In this document: one piece after another, positions 51,591-64,000 of the stretch
Layout of the letters: every line of letters begins with the position of its first letter
Numbering within the stretch: the stretch's first letter is position 1
NCBI RefSeq assembly: GCF_018977255.1
Contig: NW_024704743.1
Span: forward strand, 34,846,001-34,910,000
Source of the DNA: Callorhinchus milii
Lineage: Eukaryota
DNA length: 64,000 bases
Direction: 5' to 3'
Program-made: the position numbers and the translations under genes
Notes under the pieces: generated by a model
What the model saw: only the letters and a program-made list of their open reading frames with translations
Told to the model about the DNA's origin: nothing
Databases searched by the model: none

Positions 51591-52529
51591 AAAAACACAA
51601 AGTAGATGAGACAGATGGAGATGATAGAAACTCACAATAAAGTAAGCATGGGAATTACAGAGCATTTCAACAATTGGCAATTGTTAAATAAGATAGTCAG
51701 TAGCATATCTGAAATAAAGTTTAGGAGGAACTTCTTTACATGAATGGGTGATGAGAATGTGGAACTCATTGCCAGAATCTCTTTGAAGTGCTATGAGAAG
51801 TTCATCCTACATGAAAAGAACTAAGTGCAAGTTGTGGTAGTGAACTAGTTGGCAATGTTTTGTTTTATAATGATGTGAAATCATATCTGAATTGTTATAC
51901 ATTTAACAAGTATTACTGAAAGAAAAAAGTATGTACAGATACTGAGAAGTATCGTCAGGGAATCAAAAATCAACCAAAGACATTACATCATGAAAAGTTG
52001 AGGTATTATTTGACTGTGAAAGGGGGCAATATTTTGCTCAAGCGAGCTCTTGTTTAGTACAATGTATTTGTTTAAGTTTCTAAACTCATAATATTCCCAA
52101 TATCAAGTAGGGATGTGTTCCATGGGAATTTGAAATGCAAAGGGCTCAAGCTAGCCTATTCTATAAGGATAATTGCAAATAGGTACAAACTGTATCATAT
52201 GCGTTGCCATTTTTGAGGCTGCAGTGGTGTGCAAGGTTGTGTGCGTGCACTTGAGGTTACCAAGGACTTGATTTTGCAATCAAGTAACTCTGTGCATGCA
52301 CACAAGTGGATGCCCAATTGTATTGGCTAAAACAACAGGGGATTGGGATTTGGTCACAAAAGCAAACAGAAACAGAGCAGGGGCCTTAGCCTCTCTAACC
52401 TCTAATGATGAGTCAACACTGATCCTCACCAATGAGACAATTGGAGAAGTCAAAAGAATGTGATCAGTGTCAGTGATGAAAATATGTAGGTTAAGAGAGA
52501 AACTTGTGGACTAGTAGTCTATGGGGATC

Positions 52530-53870
52530 CATGGAAATTTACAGCACAGAAGGTGGCCATTCAGCCCATCCCCCTCAAGATGTGCCGGCATCCTCAAGAG
52601 CGATCCTTTCAGTCCCACTTACCTGCCCTTTTCCCACCCCTGTAGCTGACTTAAAAGTATCTGTCTAGTTCCCTCTTGAAGGCCAAGATGGATTTTGCTT
52701 CAATTACTGTTCCCAGTAGGGTATTCCATATCCTAGTATGAAAACATTTTGCCTAACCTCCTCATTTGCTTACTTATCTTAAAATGATGCCCTTTAGTTA
52801 CCGAATCACCGACCAGAGGAAATAATTTCTCACTATTGACTCCATGGAGTCTTGTAGCTCAGTGGTTGGAGCACTCGCCTTGCAAGCGAGAGATTTTGGT
52901 TCTATTCCTGGAAGGGCGAAATGTTGGGCAAGTTTCCTTACTCTACATGCCTCTGTTTAACTAGCAGTGAGTAGGAACCCGGTTGTTAGTCGATTGGTGG
53001 ATGCTTTTCCGGGGATAATAATCTCTCAAAAAAAAACAATAGTAATTTGGTCACTCAATCCACGACTGTTTGTGGGACACTGCTTTGCGCAATTTACTGT
53101 TGCGTTTCGCCCAATTCACTTTACAGTATGTTCTCTGAAGTGCTTTGAAAAGCATTTGATTCAAATGCAGGGATTATTATTATCGTTATCAAAACCCTCA
53201 TAATTTTAAAGACCTCTATCAGGTCCCATCTCAACCTTCTTTGTTCCAATGAAAAAGGTCCCAATTCCTGCAGTCTCCACTCATAGGCCAAACCACTCAT
53301 CCCTTAGCAACATTGTAGTAAATCTCTGCACCCCTCCTCTGAACACAACATCCTAACTGCAGTCTAACTAACGATTTATATAAGTTCAGCATTACCTCTT
53401 AGGTTTTAATTAATTGATAACCCCATTTATAAAACCTAAGATTCCCTTAGATTTTTTGACAGCTTTTCCACCTACCTTTCCATCTTTAAAAAATTATGTA
53501 CATTAACCCCCAAGTCCCTTTACTCTTCTACTCCTTTTAATATTTTACCACCCAACATACTTGTTCTCCTTATTCTTTCTCCCAAAAAGTCTGCTTTAAA
53601 TATTGCTACATTTCATTTGCCATTTCTCTACTCAATCAACTAATCTGTGTAAGTCCTCCTGAAGTTGCTTATAATCATTGTTAGCTACACTCCCTATTTC
53701 CGTGTCATCTGCAAACTTAGAAATTGTGCCCCTGAAACCAGAATCCAGATAATTTATATAAATGGAGATGAACAGTGGTCCTAACGCACTCCTGGGCGAC
53801 ACCAATTTATATCTATCTATTGCTTATAACAACCCTGGTCTCCAACCCTGTTTCCTATCCATTAATACAA
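52530..53870 (-). mobile_element. Decayed CR1-type LINE interrupted by a SINE
   Basis: CR1 tail at 52530-52570; the CR1 body resumes after the SINE (cataattttaaagacctctatcaggtc); FADDT remnant at ~53700. Confidence 0.75.
52845..53183 (+). mobile_element. tRNA-derived SINE, long subfamily, nested in CR1
   Basis: tggagtcttgtagctcagtgg head to ggattattattat tail. Confidence 0.88.
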
Positions 53871-55454
53871 TGCGCCAATTGCCAGAAGTCCAATGAATGT
53901 ATCTAATTCATGGTAGTATGAACCCCAACAAGCCTACTCGGTTCAGGAAAGATAGGTAGACGCATAGGGTAAATTTCTCCCCATTAATTTAGAATGGAGG
54001 GGAGAAAATTCTATCCAAAGGATATTTGAGAAAAAAAGTCTTGCAATGAGATAAACAAATGAGTGAAATCAATTGCTAATTATGTAATTAACAACCTTTT
54101 AAAATCCTTTTTTTCAATTCTTAATCACATAATTAAGGACACTTGTAATTCCCTCTGTACACTTGGCACATAATAGATCCCATTAATAAATAGTAACAGG
54201 AAAGGCGACAAAACAAATAACAAAGTCATTAAAAAAGTTTTGGACACAGCTATGGAAAGCATTTAGAAAACCTGTAAAAATGCTGTCATCAGAGTACACA
54301 ATATTCCACTGGTCTGTAAATTTACTGACCTTGGCAAGTAAGCATGTCAAATGAATTTACTAAGTGTGACAGTATGAGCTTTCGGTAGGATATTTCTATA
54401 TTTTATTTGCAGGACTAGAACCAAAGATCTCTATGCCTGGTGGAAATCAAGCTTGAACAATTCTCGTTAACTTTCCAGTCAACAAGATGGTTACATGAAG
54501 TCTTTTTGCTGTATTTGGAACAGTCACATACTCATGAAAATAGTTCAACATCAGAGGACAACAAACAGTCATGTAAGGATATATGACATTCAAACCAAAT
54601 TTTAAAACTAGCAGCTGGCATCGAGCAAAGGTTAAGAATGAGTCAACAGACCAGACGTGCAGAGGTAAATCCTGGTGAGCCAATATTAAATGCAAGTCAG
54701 GTTGCTTGAGGAAATTGCCACCAATTAAATTAAAGTAAAACAATTTAATAATAATAATCCTTGTATTTGATATTAGCATCATATCAAGTATTTGAGAGGT
54801 CTCAAAGCACTTCACAGAATATACTATAAAGTACTGAAGCACTAAAATCAGTTTCACGAACTCCACTATTTTATCTCTTGCTACAAAGACATTTGGATAA
54901 ATATACTGGGACTGTCTGTTCTCAATCCCTACAAAGAGTTTCTGTTTAGTGTAGAAGGCCCTAATGTCATTTTTTCAGGATACCCATCTTCCCATCACAG
55001 AACAAGCTTTTTTAAAAAATGAGTCCAGTGTCCAGGCCTCAACCACCCTTCCTGGAGATCTGTTCCAGTCATTAAGTAACCTCTGGATAAAGAAAAACTT
55101 CCAGTGCCTGTTCTGAAATTGCCAGTTACAATTCTAAACTTACATCCTCTTGTTCTACTATATTGGTGAATCCTGAAGTATTGTTTAGGTTTACTTTTTC
55201 AATAAGCCTCTATAAGGCTCCCTCTAAGACGTCTTCTACCAAGACTGAAGAGCCCTAGTTAGTCTAATTGTTACTCGTAACCTGGGTCAATAGAAAGTGT
55301 GAAAATCTTTGCCCAAAATTGCGGGACGTTTGCTAATTTGTGGGAACTTACGGAGGCTTTGGACACATTTTGCAGAAAATGGCAGGGAGTTGATTAGTGC
55401 TACTGAGGTACATTTTACTGCCAACCTACAATTTTTCACTTTATTGATCAAAAC

Positions 55455-57345
55455 TACACAAACACACAGAGAGACGCACAAACACACAGAGAGACGCACA
55501 AACACACAGAGAGACGCACAAACACACAGAGAGAAACACACAAACACACAGAGAGAAGCACAAACAAACAGAGAGACACACAAACACACAGAGGGAAACA
55601 CAAACACACAGAGTGAAACACAAACACACAGAGAGAAACACAACCACACAGAGAGAAACACAAACACACAGAGAGAAACACAAACACACAGAGAGAAACA
55701 CAAACACACAGAGAGACGCACAAACACACAGAGAGACGCACAAACACACAGAGAGACGCACAAACAAACAGAGAGACACACAAACACAGAGAAAAACACA
55801 AACACAGAGAGACACAGACACACAGAGAGACACGCAGAAGAGAGACACAGACACACAGAGAGACACACAAACACACAGAAAGAAACACAAACACACAGAG
55901 AGAAACACAATCACACAGAGAGACACACAATCACACAGAGACACACAAACACACAGAGAGACACACAATCACACAGAGAGACACACAAACACACAGAGAG
56001 ACACACAATCACACAGAGAGACACACAAACACACAAACACACAGAGAGACACACAAACACACAGAGAGACACACAAACACACAGAAAGAAACACAAACAC
56101 ACAGAGAGAAACACAAACACAGAGAGACACACAAACACACAGAGAGACACACAAACACACAGAGAGACACACAAACACACAGACACAAAACACACAGAGA
56201 GACACACAAACACACAGAGAGACACACAAACACACAGAGAGACACACAAACACACAGAGAGACACACAAACACACAGAGAGAAGCACAAACAAACAGAGA
56301 GACACACAAACACACAGAGGGACACACAAACACATAGAGTGAAACACAAACACACAGAGAGAAACATAACCACACAGAGAGAAACACAAACACACAGAGA
56401 GAAACACAAACACACAGAGAGACGCACAAACACACAGAGAGACGCACAAACACACAGAGAGACACACAAACACACAGAGAGAAACACACAAACACACAGA
56501 GAGAAGCACAAACAAACAGAGAGACACACAAACACACAGAGGGAAACACAAACACACAGAGTGAAACACAAACACACAGAGAGAAACACAACCACACAGA
56601 GAGAAACACAAACACACAGAGAGAAACACACAAACACACAGAGAGACGCACAAACACACAGAGAGACGCACAAACAAACAGAGAGACACACAAACACACA
56701 GAGAGAAACACAAACACACAGAGAGACACACAAACACACAGAGAGAAACACACAAACAGAAACACACAAACACACAGAGAGAAGCACAAGCAAACAGAGA
56801 GACACACAAGCAAACAGCGAGAAACACAAACACACACAGAGACACACAAACACGCAGAGAGACACACAAACACACAGAGAGAAACAGAAACACACAGAGG
56901 GAAACACAACCACACAGAGGGAAACACAACCACGCAGAGAGAAACACAAACACACAGAGAGACACACAAACACACAGAGAGACACACAAGCACACAGAGA
57001 GAAACACAACCACACAGAGAGAAACACAAACACACAGAGAGACGCACAAACACACAGAGACACACACAAACACACAGAGAGAAACACACAAACACACAGA
57101 GACACACACAAACACACAGAGAGAAACACACAAACACACAGAGAGAAACACAAACACACATACAGAAACACAAGCAAACAGAGAGACACACAAACACAGA
57201 GAGAGACGCACAAACACAGAGAGAGACGCACAAACACAGAGAGAGACGCACAAACACAGAGAGAGACACACAAACACACAGAGAGAAACACAAACACAGA
57301 GACAGAAACACAAGCAAACAGAGACACACACAAACACACGGAGAG
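55455..57345 (+). repeat. Minisatellite, ~20-bp unit (ACACAGAGAGACACACAAAC variants)
   Basis: Directly visible tandem array; produces the spurious long ORFs in the track. Confidence 0.97.
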
Positions 57346-57509
57346 ACATTCTCAGAGAAACGCACGTTCACAGAGAGACAGTCACAAACACATAGCAACC
57401 CGCAGGCACAGCCACAAACACACAGAGATTCTCACACAGACTCTCACAAACAGAGAGAGACACACACACACACACAGATACTCACAAATCTATATAGAGA
57501 GTCATTCAT

Positions 57510-58955
57510 ACAGAAGATCATACAAACACACAGAGATGCACACAAACAATCATACAAACACACAGATACACACAGACAATCATACAAACATACAGTGATA
57601 CACACAATCATACAAACACACAGTGATACACACAGACAATCATACAAACACACAGATACACACAGACAATCATACAAACACAGAGATACACACAGACAAT
57701 CATACAAACATACAGTGATACACACAATCATACAAACACACAGTGATACACACAGACAATCATACAAACACAGAGATACACACAGACAATCATACAAACA
57801 CAGAGATACACACAGACAATCATACAAACACACAGTGATACACACAGACAATCATACAAACACACAGTGATACACACAGACAATCATACAAACACACAGA
57901 GATGCACACAATCATACAAACACACAGATACACACAGACAATCATACAAACACACAGTGATACACACAGACAATCATACAAACACACAGTGATACACACA
58001 GACAATCATACAAACACACAGAGATGCACACAATCATACAAACACACAGATACACACAGACAATCATACAAACACACAGTGATACACACAGACAATCATA
58101 CAAACACACAGAGATGCACACAGACAATCATACAAACACACAGAGATGCACACAGACAATCATACAAACACACAGATACACACAGACAATCATACAAACA
58201 CACAGTGATACACACAGACAATCATACAAACACACAGATACACACAGACAATCATACAAACACACAGTGATACACACAGACAATCATACAAACACACAGA
58301 GATGCACACAGACAATCATACAAACACACAGTGATACACACAGACAATCATACAAACACACAGAGATACACACAGACAATCATACAAACACAGTGATACG
58401 CACAGACAATCATACAAACACACAGAGGTACACACAGACAATCATACAAACACATAGAGATACACACCGACAATCATACAAACACACAGACAATCATACA
58501 AACACACAGTGATACACACAGACAATCATACAAACACACAGATACACACAGACAATCATACAAACACACAGTGATACACACAGACAATCATACAAACACA
58601 CAGAGATGCACACAGACAATCATACCAACACAGATAGACACACAGACAATCATACAAACACACAGAGATACACACAGACAATCATACAAACACAGTGATA
58701 CGCACAGACAATCATACAAACACACAGAGGTACACACAGACAATCATACAAACACATAGAGATACACACCGACAATCATACAAACACACAGACAATCATA
58801 CAAACACACAGAGGTACACACAGACAATCATACAAACACAGAGATACACACAGACAATCATACAAACACAGTGATACACACAGACAATCATACAAACACA
58901 CAGAGGTACACACAGGCAATCATACAAACACACAGATACACACAAACAATCACAA
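57510..58955 (+). repeat. Minisatellite, ~28-32-bp unit (GATACACACAGACAATCATACAAACACACA variants)
   Basis: Directly visible tandem array. Confidence 0.97.
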
Positions 58956-58959
58956 CAGT

Positions 58960-59140
58960 GAAGCCCCCGAGTGAAGCCCATTTGCCGCCTACGCCGCACC
59001 GCGCATGCGGGTCCGGAGCCGCACCGCCCACAATGACGTCAGATAAACAGTGGCCCGTGGGCCAGAAGCTCCATTTATAGCGGGTGGGTTTGTAGCGGAT
59101 TCCGCAGGAGAAGGGCACTCGCACTTTTGTATTGGTCCAT
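58960..59140. promoter_or_regulatory. CpG-rich promoter-like cassette inside the ECI2 intron
   Basis: NRF1-like GCGCATGCG at 59001, GC box CCGCCC at 59024, CRE TGACGTCA at 59034; minus-strand CTATAAA (59074-59080) and CCAAT (59131-59135). Confidence 0.5.
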
Positions 59141-59776
59141 CTCACACCCCACTCATTCCTCCAGCACTGGGGATCATCCTTATTGCATTCGATTAGAAGG
59201 TGTACTGTCACTGTCGTATCACATCATGCCAGCCCTTCTCTCAGCTACTCTGTTTCGCACTTTACTTAAAACTTGTGGCACTAAATCCAGTTATGAGCAT
59301 ATTCACAAGGATACTTGGCCTATAATTTACTTGCACAGAATAGTTTAAATCACATCTTGAATACCCTTGTTCACAATTGGATTTTTTAAAAACTGTTACC
59401 TCCCAGCCGTGTGTCCACCTCTGCATTAAGATCAAATATGGATAAGTAAACGTGGAGATAATTGGGGTGTGCATAACTGGTGTTTTATTGTATAGAATTA
59501 AGTATTCATGACTATTATATCTTCCCCAAATTAATTGAACTTATATGACTCAATTGTGATATATGGAAACTATATGGAATGTTTCAAATTCTGGAACACT
59601 CTTCCTCAATCCCTCTGCCTCTATCCCCTTTTCAAGTCCTGCCTGAATATCTTCCTTTTCGACCGTGCTTATGGTCACACACCCCCGGGTCGGAGTCAGG
59701 CTCCGCCACTGTTAAGTGCTCTGAGACGTTACCCTTCGTGGAGAGTGTTATATCAGTATAAGTTGTTGTATATTTA

Positions 59777-60121
59777 CAGAGCAATTGTGTTATAACGTGA
59801 TATCCTGGATCCAAAGAATTAGACACTAAATTATAACGGGTCCACAAATATAATCATCAGTCCAGCTTCTGGGTTTGTGAGACCCTGGGCATGGCTTCCT
59901 GTGTACTGCGCATCCATGCTGTGTGCAAGAAGCATCGCTGGCATCCCCTTTTCTTTTTCAAAAATATGTAAGTTGCACATATGTGGCATGTGCATCACAC
60001 AGGAAATTACATCAGCAGTGACCTGACAACCCAGAAGCAGTACTGAAAACCCTTTATTTTTGTAGTCATTTGGTGTCTAATATTTTGGATCCAAGACACC
60101 ACGTTATAGCAGAGTTGCACA
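59777..60121. mobile_element. Tigger/pogo-like MITE
   Basis: ~55-bp imperfect TIRs (cagagcaattgtgttataacgtgatatcctggatccaaagaattagacac / gtgtctaatattttggatccaagacaccacgttatagcagagttgcac) flanked by TA. Confidence 0.75.
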
Positions 60122-60857
60122 TACGCTATAATCACAAAAGAGAGAGAAGTTCATATGATTTATCCTTCCACAATGTAAACTCATTGATCAGTAAGTAGTA
60201 ACCTTAAGAATCCAATATCCTTTCTCCACTCACCCTTCCTAACTCCAGGTGTTGATTACGCACAGTTTAAAGATTTATTTTGTGTGTTCTTCTAAAATTG
60301 CCTTTCATAATCTTGAACTTGTGAATTCTTGTTCTGTTGCCTTGGTAAATCTGAAAGTATTGCTCCAGGGTTACTTTCGCTTCACATAATGAATCAGAGG
60401 TTCACGATAGCTGTAGACACTAATTTATTGGTTCAATTCATTCAATTGGGAAATACTACTGTAAGAAGTAATTTCTTGTAGTTATTTATTTTTAGTAATT
60501 GTATGGGTTTGTCTTATAAGTTGTACTATTAGTGTTGATGAAAGCTAAAGTAAAGCATAATTCAGTTTCATTAAAGTGAGTTGTTCCAGTACAACTTTCA
60601 CATTTATTATTACAACTTTGCTAGTTTCAAAATTAACATTTAAAAAAGTTTTTGTTCTTGCAGGTGAGATTGTTGAAGTTACTAACCCCTAGTCACTAAG
60701 CTAAGAAGCAAGCATGTATTCAATAAAATACATCCAATACTGAATAAATTCTTAAAAGAAACACTCACACACATTAATAATAAACTCTTAAATAGAAAAT
60801 GAAACAGTCCAGATTTCAGCTTGAAATACACCGATCCATGCTTTTGGTTAAACTTCC

Positions 60858-60950
60858 ATCAGTTCTGACGAAGGGACGTGGAACCGAAACGTTGACTCAC
60901 TTTTCTTTCTCCATAGATGCTGCCTGAACTACTGAGTTTTCCCAGCTCTC
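60858..60950 (+). mobile_element. Penelope-like terminal repeat with hammerhead motif
   Basis: agttCTGACGAagggacgtggaaccGAAAcgttgactcac..tctccatagatgctgcctga. Confidence 0.7.
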
Positions 60951-61234
60951 TCTGTTGTTAAAGAATCCTCATGTACATCATCCACTAGGTGCCGTGGTAT
61001 ATTCAATATGGTTCTACAGGTCCAGGACATGTGAGGATATGGTGTTCTGACTGGGATCACTATGAACCTGTTAGCGGCTAAGCCACCCCATACATTTTGA
61101 AGGGAATTCTCAAATATTCTTTCTAGTGCTTCTAGCACTAGAAACAGATCTAGAGATAGGATTTGACATGTTTCCTGATGAGGAATTTTGAAGAGTTGTT
61201 TTTGTTGAAATTGAGCATCTTTTCTGGAAGCAGA

Positions 61235-61586
61235 GGAGCTGTTTTCTCAATCCAGCAAGCGAGAGGTTGTGGTTTTGATTCCAGCAGAGTGAAACCTTTA
61301 GCAAGTTTCCTTACTCCACATGCCTTTGTTTACCTAAGCAGCAAGTTGGAACCCGGGTGTTGGTCGATTGGCGGATCGCTTTTCCGGGGATAATAATCCC
61401 TTAAAAAAAATAATTTGGTCACTCAATCCACGGCTGTTTGTGGGACACTGCTGTGCGCAATTGGCTGCCGCGTTTCGCTCACAAAATATACAGCGAATTC
61501 ACTTTACAGTATATGCTGTGAAGCGCTTTGAGACACCTCGAAGCCATGATAAGGCTTATATCAAATGCAATGATTATTATTATTAT
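61235..61586 (+). mobile_element. tRNA-derived SINE, long subfamily (head decayed)
   Basis: Body and tail match the other long copies. Confidence 0.85.
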
Positions 61587-62685
61587 GTGCAGGATCGGCC
61601 ATGTGTGGGGGTAGACTATATCTCAATGCTAACTGCAGAGGAAGATTGGATAAGGAGATGCACCTCACTGAACAGAGAACTAATTTTGGATTACAAGTCA
61701 GAAAATAATGATTGACGATTTCAACAGCTGAAAATAAAGGAAGTTTCACTTAAAGGACCAAGTACTCCACCACACTCGCTGTCCAATTTGCCTCGTTGGT
61801 ACCACGTTTATTCAAAGAGGCATCAATAGTATCACAACTGGTCTTAAAGCAGAAATTACAAAACAAACTAATAGTGCTTTCAACTCCAACCATCAACGAG
61901 GACCAATTAAGTTTTTACCATTGATAACGATGATTTCTTAAATGTCAAAAATACGCCTATGGAATTTTATTCAGATTTTAAGACCGGTTACTTCTTTTTT
62001 TTCCCCAAATTCTGTCATTAATGCAGAATTTCTGGTCTTCTTTGCATTTATTTCTGTTCAAAAGGGAAAAAGTACTTCATCTATTTGATTTAAATGAACA
62101 ATAAGACTAGTTCCACATGATGGAAGATTATAATACAGGCACACTCAATACTTTTCTCTTCCTTTAGGATCACTATCTTTGGCTAATTTTTTGTAATACT
62201 CAAAGGTTGCTGATTACATTGTTTAAGGGAGTCTATTCTTATACAGTAAATTTGCTTCAATACTGAATAAAGCAGCACAGACAGTACAAACTGGATCAAT
62301 CGCCAGTTCCTAGGCTTGCTTACAAAAAGTGAAAGAACCAGAGATTACTCTTCTTGTTCTTCAAATAAAAAATAATACTACACCAGCTAACTGTAGAAAT
62401 ACCTCAACCTAGTAGATGATTAGAAAACTGTGGTCAGATGTCCACATCTAAATTACATACAAGAGTCAGAAATAAAATCCCAGAAACAAAACAGATATTA
62501 GAATTCTGGATCTGCTTCTTCTCATATCACCTACCATGTTAAGTAGTTACAAGTTTTTCCAGAGCGCATGACAAAAAAGCTGATCAGTGTCCATTAACTA
62601 AAGAATCAACATTATTCAAAACACTAAGCAGGAATACTAATACAACTTCGGCATCAAAAATATCCCATATTTGCCATGTAAAATA

Positions 62686-63188
62686 CAGTGGAATCCACTT
62701 TAGCCGGACACTGGGTAAATTGGATGAAACATCCGGCCCTGATTCATTTGTATTCTTACCAATTTAAATATGCCTCTTAGTTCGGACAAGCATCTGGTTA
62801 ATCCGGACAACATGCCACGATGGTCACTGCTGAATGGACTCATTCGGACCTTCTGTGTCATGAGCGTCTCCCAGATAGAGATGGGAGTCACACTGCATTT
62901 GACAGCTGATGCCAACCATTCACAAGCAGCTCTGGGAAGGGGGGGCAGTGACTTCATCCAGTGGACGAGGGGACCAATTAGTGGCAGCTCCAAGATGATA
63001 GACGCCTCTCAGATTGCCACTAATTGGTCTCCTTCCTGTCCAATGGGAATGGCAACGGGAGGGAAGATGGGCTCAGCAGAAGAGATGGCGGGAAGAGAAG
63101 AGAAAGGTAAAAACTTTGGTTATTGGACACAGGGTAAATCAGACAAAACTTCCTGCCCCGATGCGTCCGGCTAAAGTGAATTCCACTG
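62686..63188. mobile_element. Tigger/pogo-like non-autonomous DNA transposon
   Basis: TA|CAGTGGAATCCACTTTAGCCGGACAC ... GCGTCCGGCTAAAGTGAATTCCACTG|TA: 26-bp TIRs with 2 mismatches and a TA TSD. Confidence 0.88.
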
Positions 63189-63429
63189 TAATGATACTGA
63201 AAATTTTACTACAAAATTGAGACTTAAACAATTATAATTATGGCAATAGAGAAGTCAGATTTTTAACATAGAACTGGAATATAAATATGCTCAAAAATAC
63301 ATTTTATTAAAATTGACTGGATTTCTCTAATAAAACCAGATGCCATAGATACAACCAAGAGACTAAGAAAATGAATAAATAATATGTACAATTTAGATTT
63401 AATACATTTATGAATGATATCCATTTTAC

Positions 63430-63618
63430 CTTTCGGGAAATGGCATTTTTTTTCTCTGGCCTGTTTAAAAGGATGGTGGTGATGTTGTTCTCTGTGGTGA
63501 CCTGTAGTGTCTGGTATGATGATTTTGGGTCTCCTGCAGTGGTGGCTTCTTTCTGGATGGGGGCTTCTGAAGAGATCAACGTTCCTACAAGGTCAACATA
63601 TTTTTGTCGAGCATCATC
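63430..63618 (-). CDS. ECI2: ECI2 internal coding exon (end of ACBP domain, linker, start of crotonase-fold domain)
   Basis: ttgtAG|GAT...AAG|GTaaaa; 189 nt, phase 0/0. Translates DDARQKYVDLVGTLISSEAPIQKEATTAGDPKSSYQTLQVTTENNITTILLNRPEKKNAISRK, matching the recalled vertebrate ECI2 segment (ARQNYVDLV...NRPKKKNAI). Confidence 0.95.
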
Positions 63619-64000
63619 CTACAAATTCCCAAAACAAACACATTAGGGCAAATCCTGCAGATCTTAAACTGATGGAGTTTAAAGCGAAAAGAGAATATCT
63701 GGTGCAAGTCAATCATGCAGTTTCGCAATATGAAATATTAAAACTTAATTCATAATTAAAATCTTGTATGATTCAAGCCCCCCCGCCCACCACACACACA
63801 CACATATTTTTGTAAGTTAACTATTTCTCTTGTTTAGGTACTGTACTCCAACACAAAATAATAAATATTGTACAATTGAAAGGACAATTACCTATTTCCA
63901 GATCTCTGCCATTGGTTTTCTAAAACTAGATTTCAGAAAGTGCAGAGGAAACTGGCAGAGCTCACCTTTTAATTTTTGATCAGATGCTGGCTGTGGGAAA

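Noticed and set aside
55287..58999. Long ORFs (up to 661 aa) rich in T/H/Q/R/E or C/V/L/S
   Set aside because: Translations of stop-poor CA/GA minisatellites, open in many frames on both strands.

Overview
Eukaryotic, repeat-dense vertebrate DNA; the repeat set (Deu-type tRNA-SINEs, L2, CR1, Penelope-like ends) suggests a cartilaginous fish, probably a chimaera (inference). The only gene I can recognise is ECI2 (enoyl-CoA delta isomerase 2 / PECI) on the minus strand. Seven phase-consistent GT-AG coding exons run from 63618 to the stop at 30418 and end in the PTS1 signal SKL; the 5' exons lie beyond the right edge. Most of the remainder is decayed retroelements, MITEs and a 3.5 kb two-part minisatellite. 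Most notable: (1) four Penelope-like terminal repeats carry a minimal type I hammerhead ribozyme motif, two of them in short fold-back cassettes with 13-14 bp TSDs; (2) a ~21-bp-phased array of CRE-like octamers at 24.0 kb; (3) a CpG-rich promoter-like cassette inside the long ECI2 intron; (4) a ~600 bp dispersed repeat family I could not classify; (5) two SINE subfamilies with different L2-type tails. No CRISPR array, rRNA or true tRNA gene was seen. Repeat boundaries were read by eye and are approximate.
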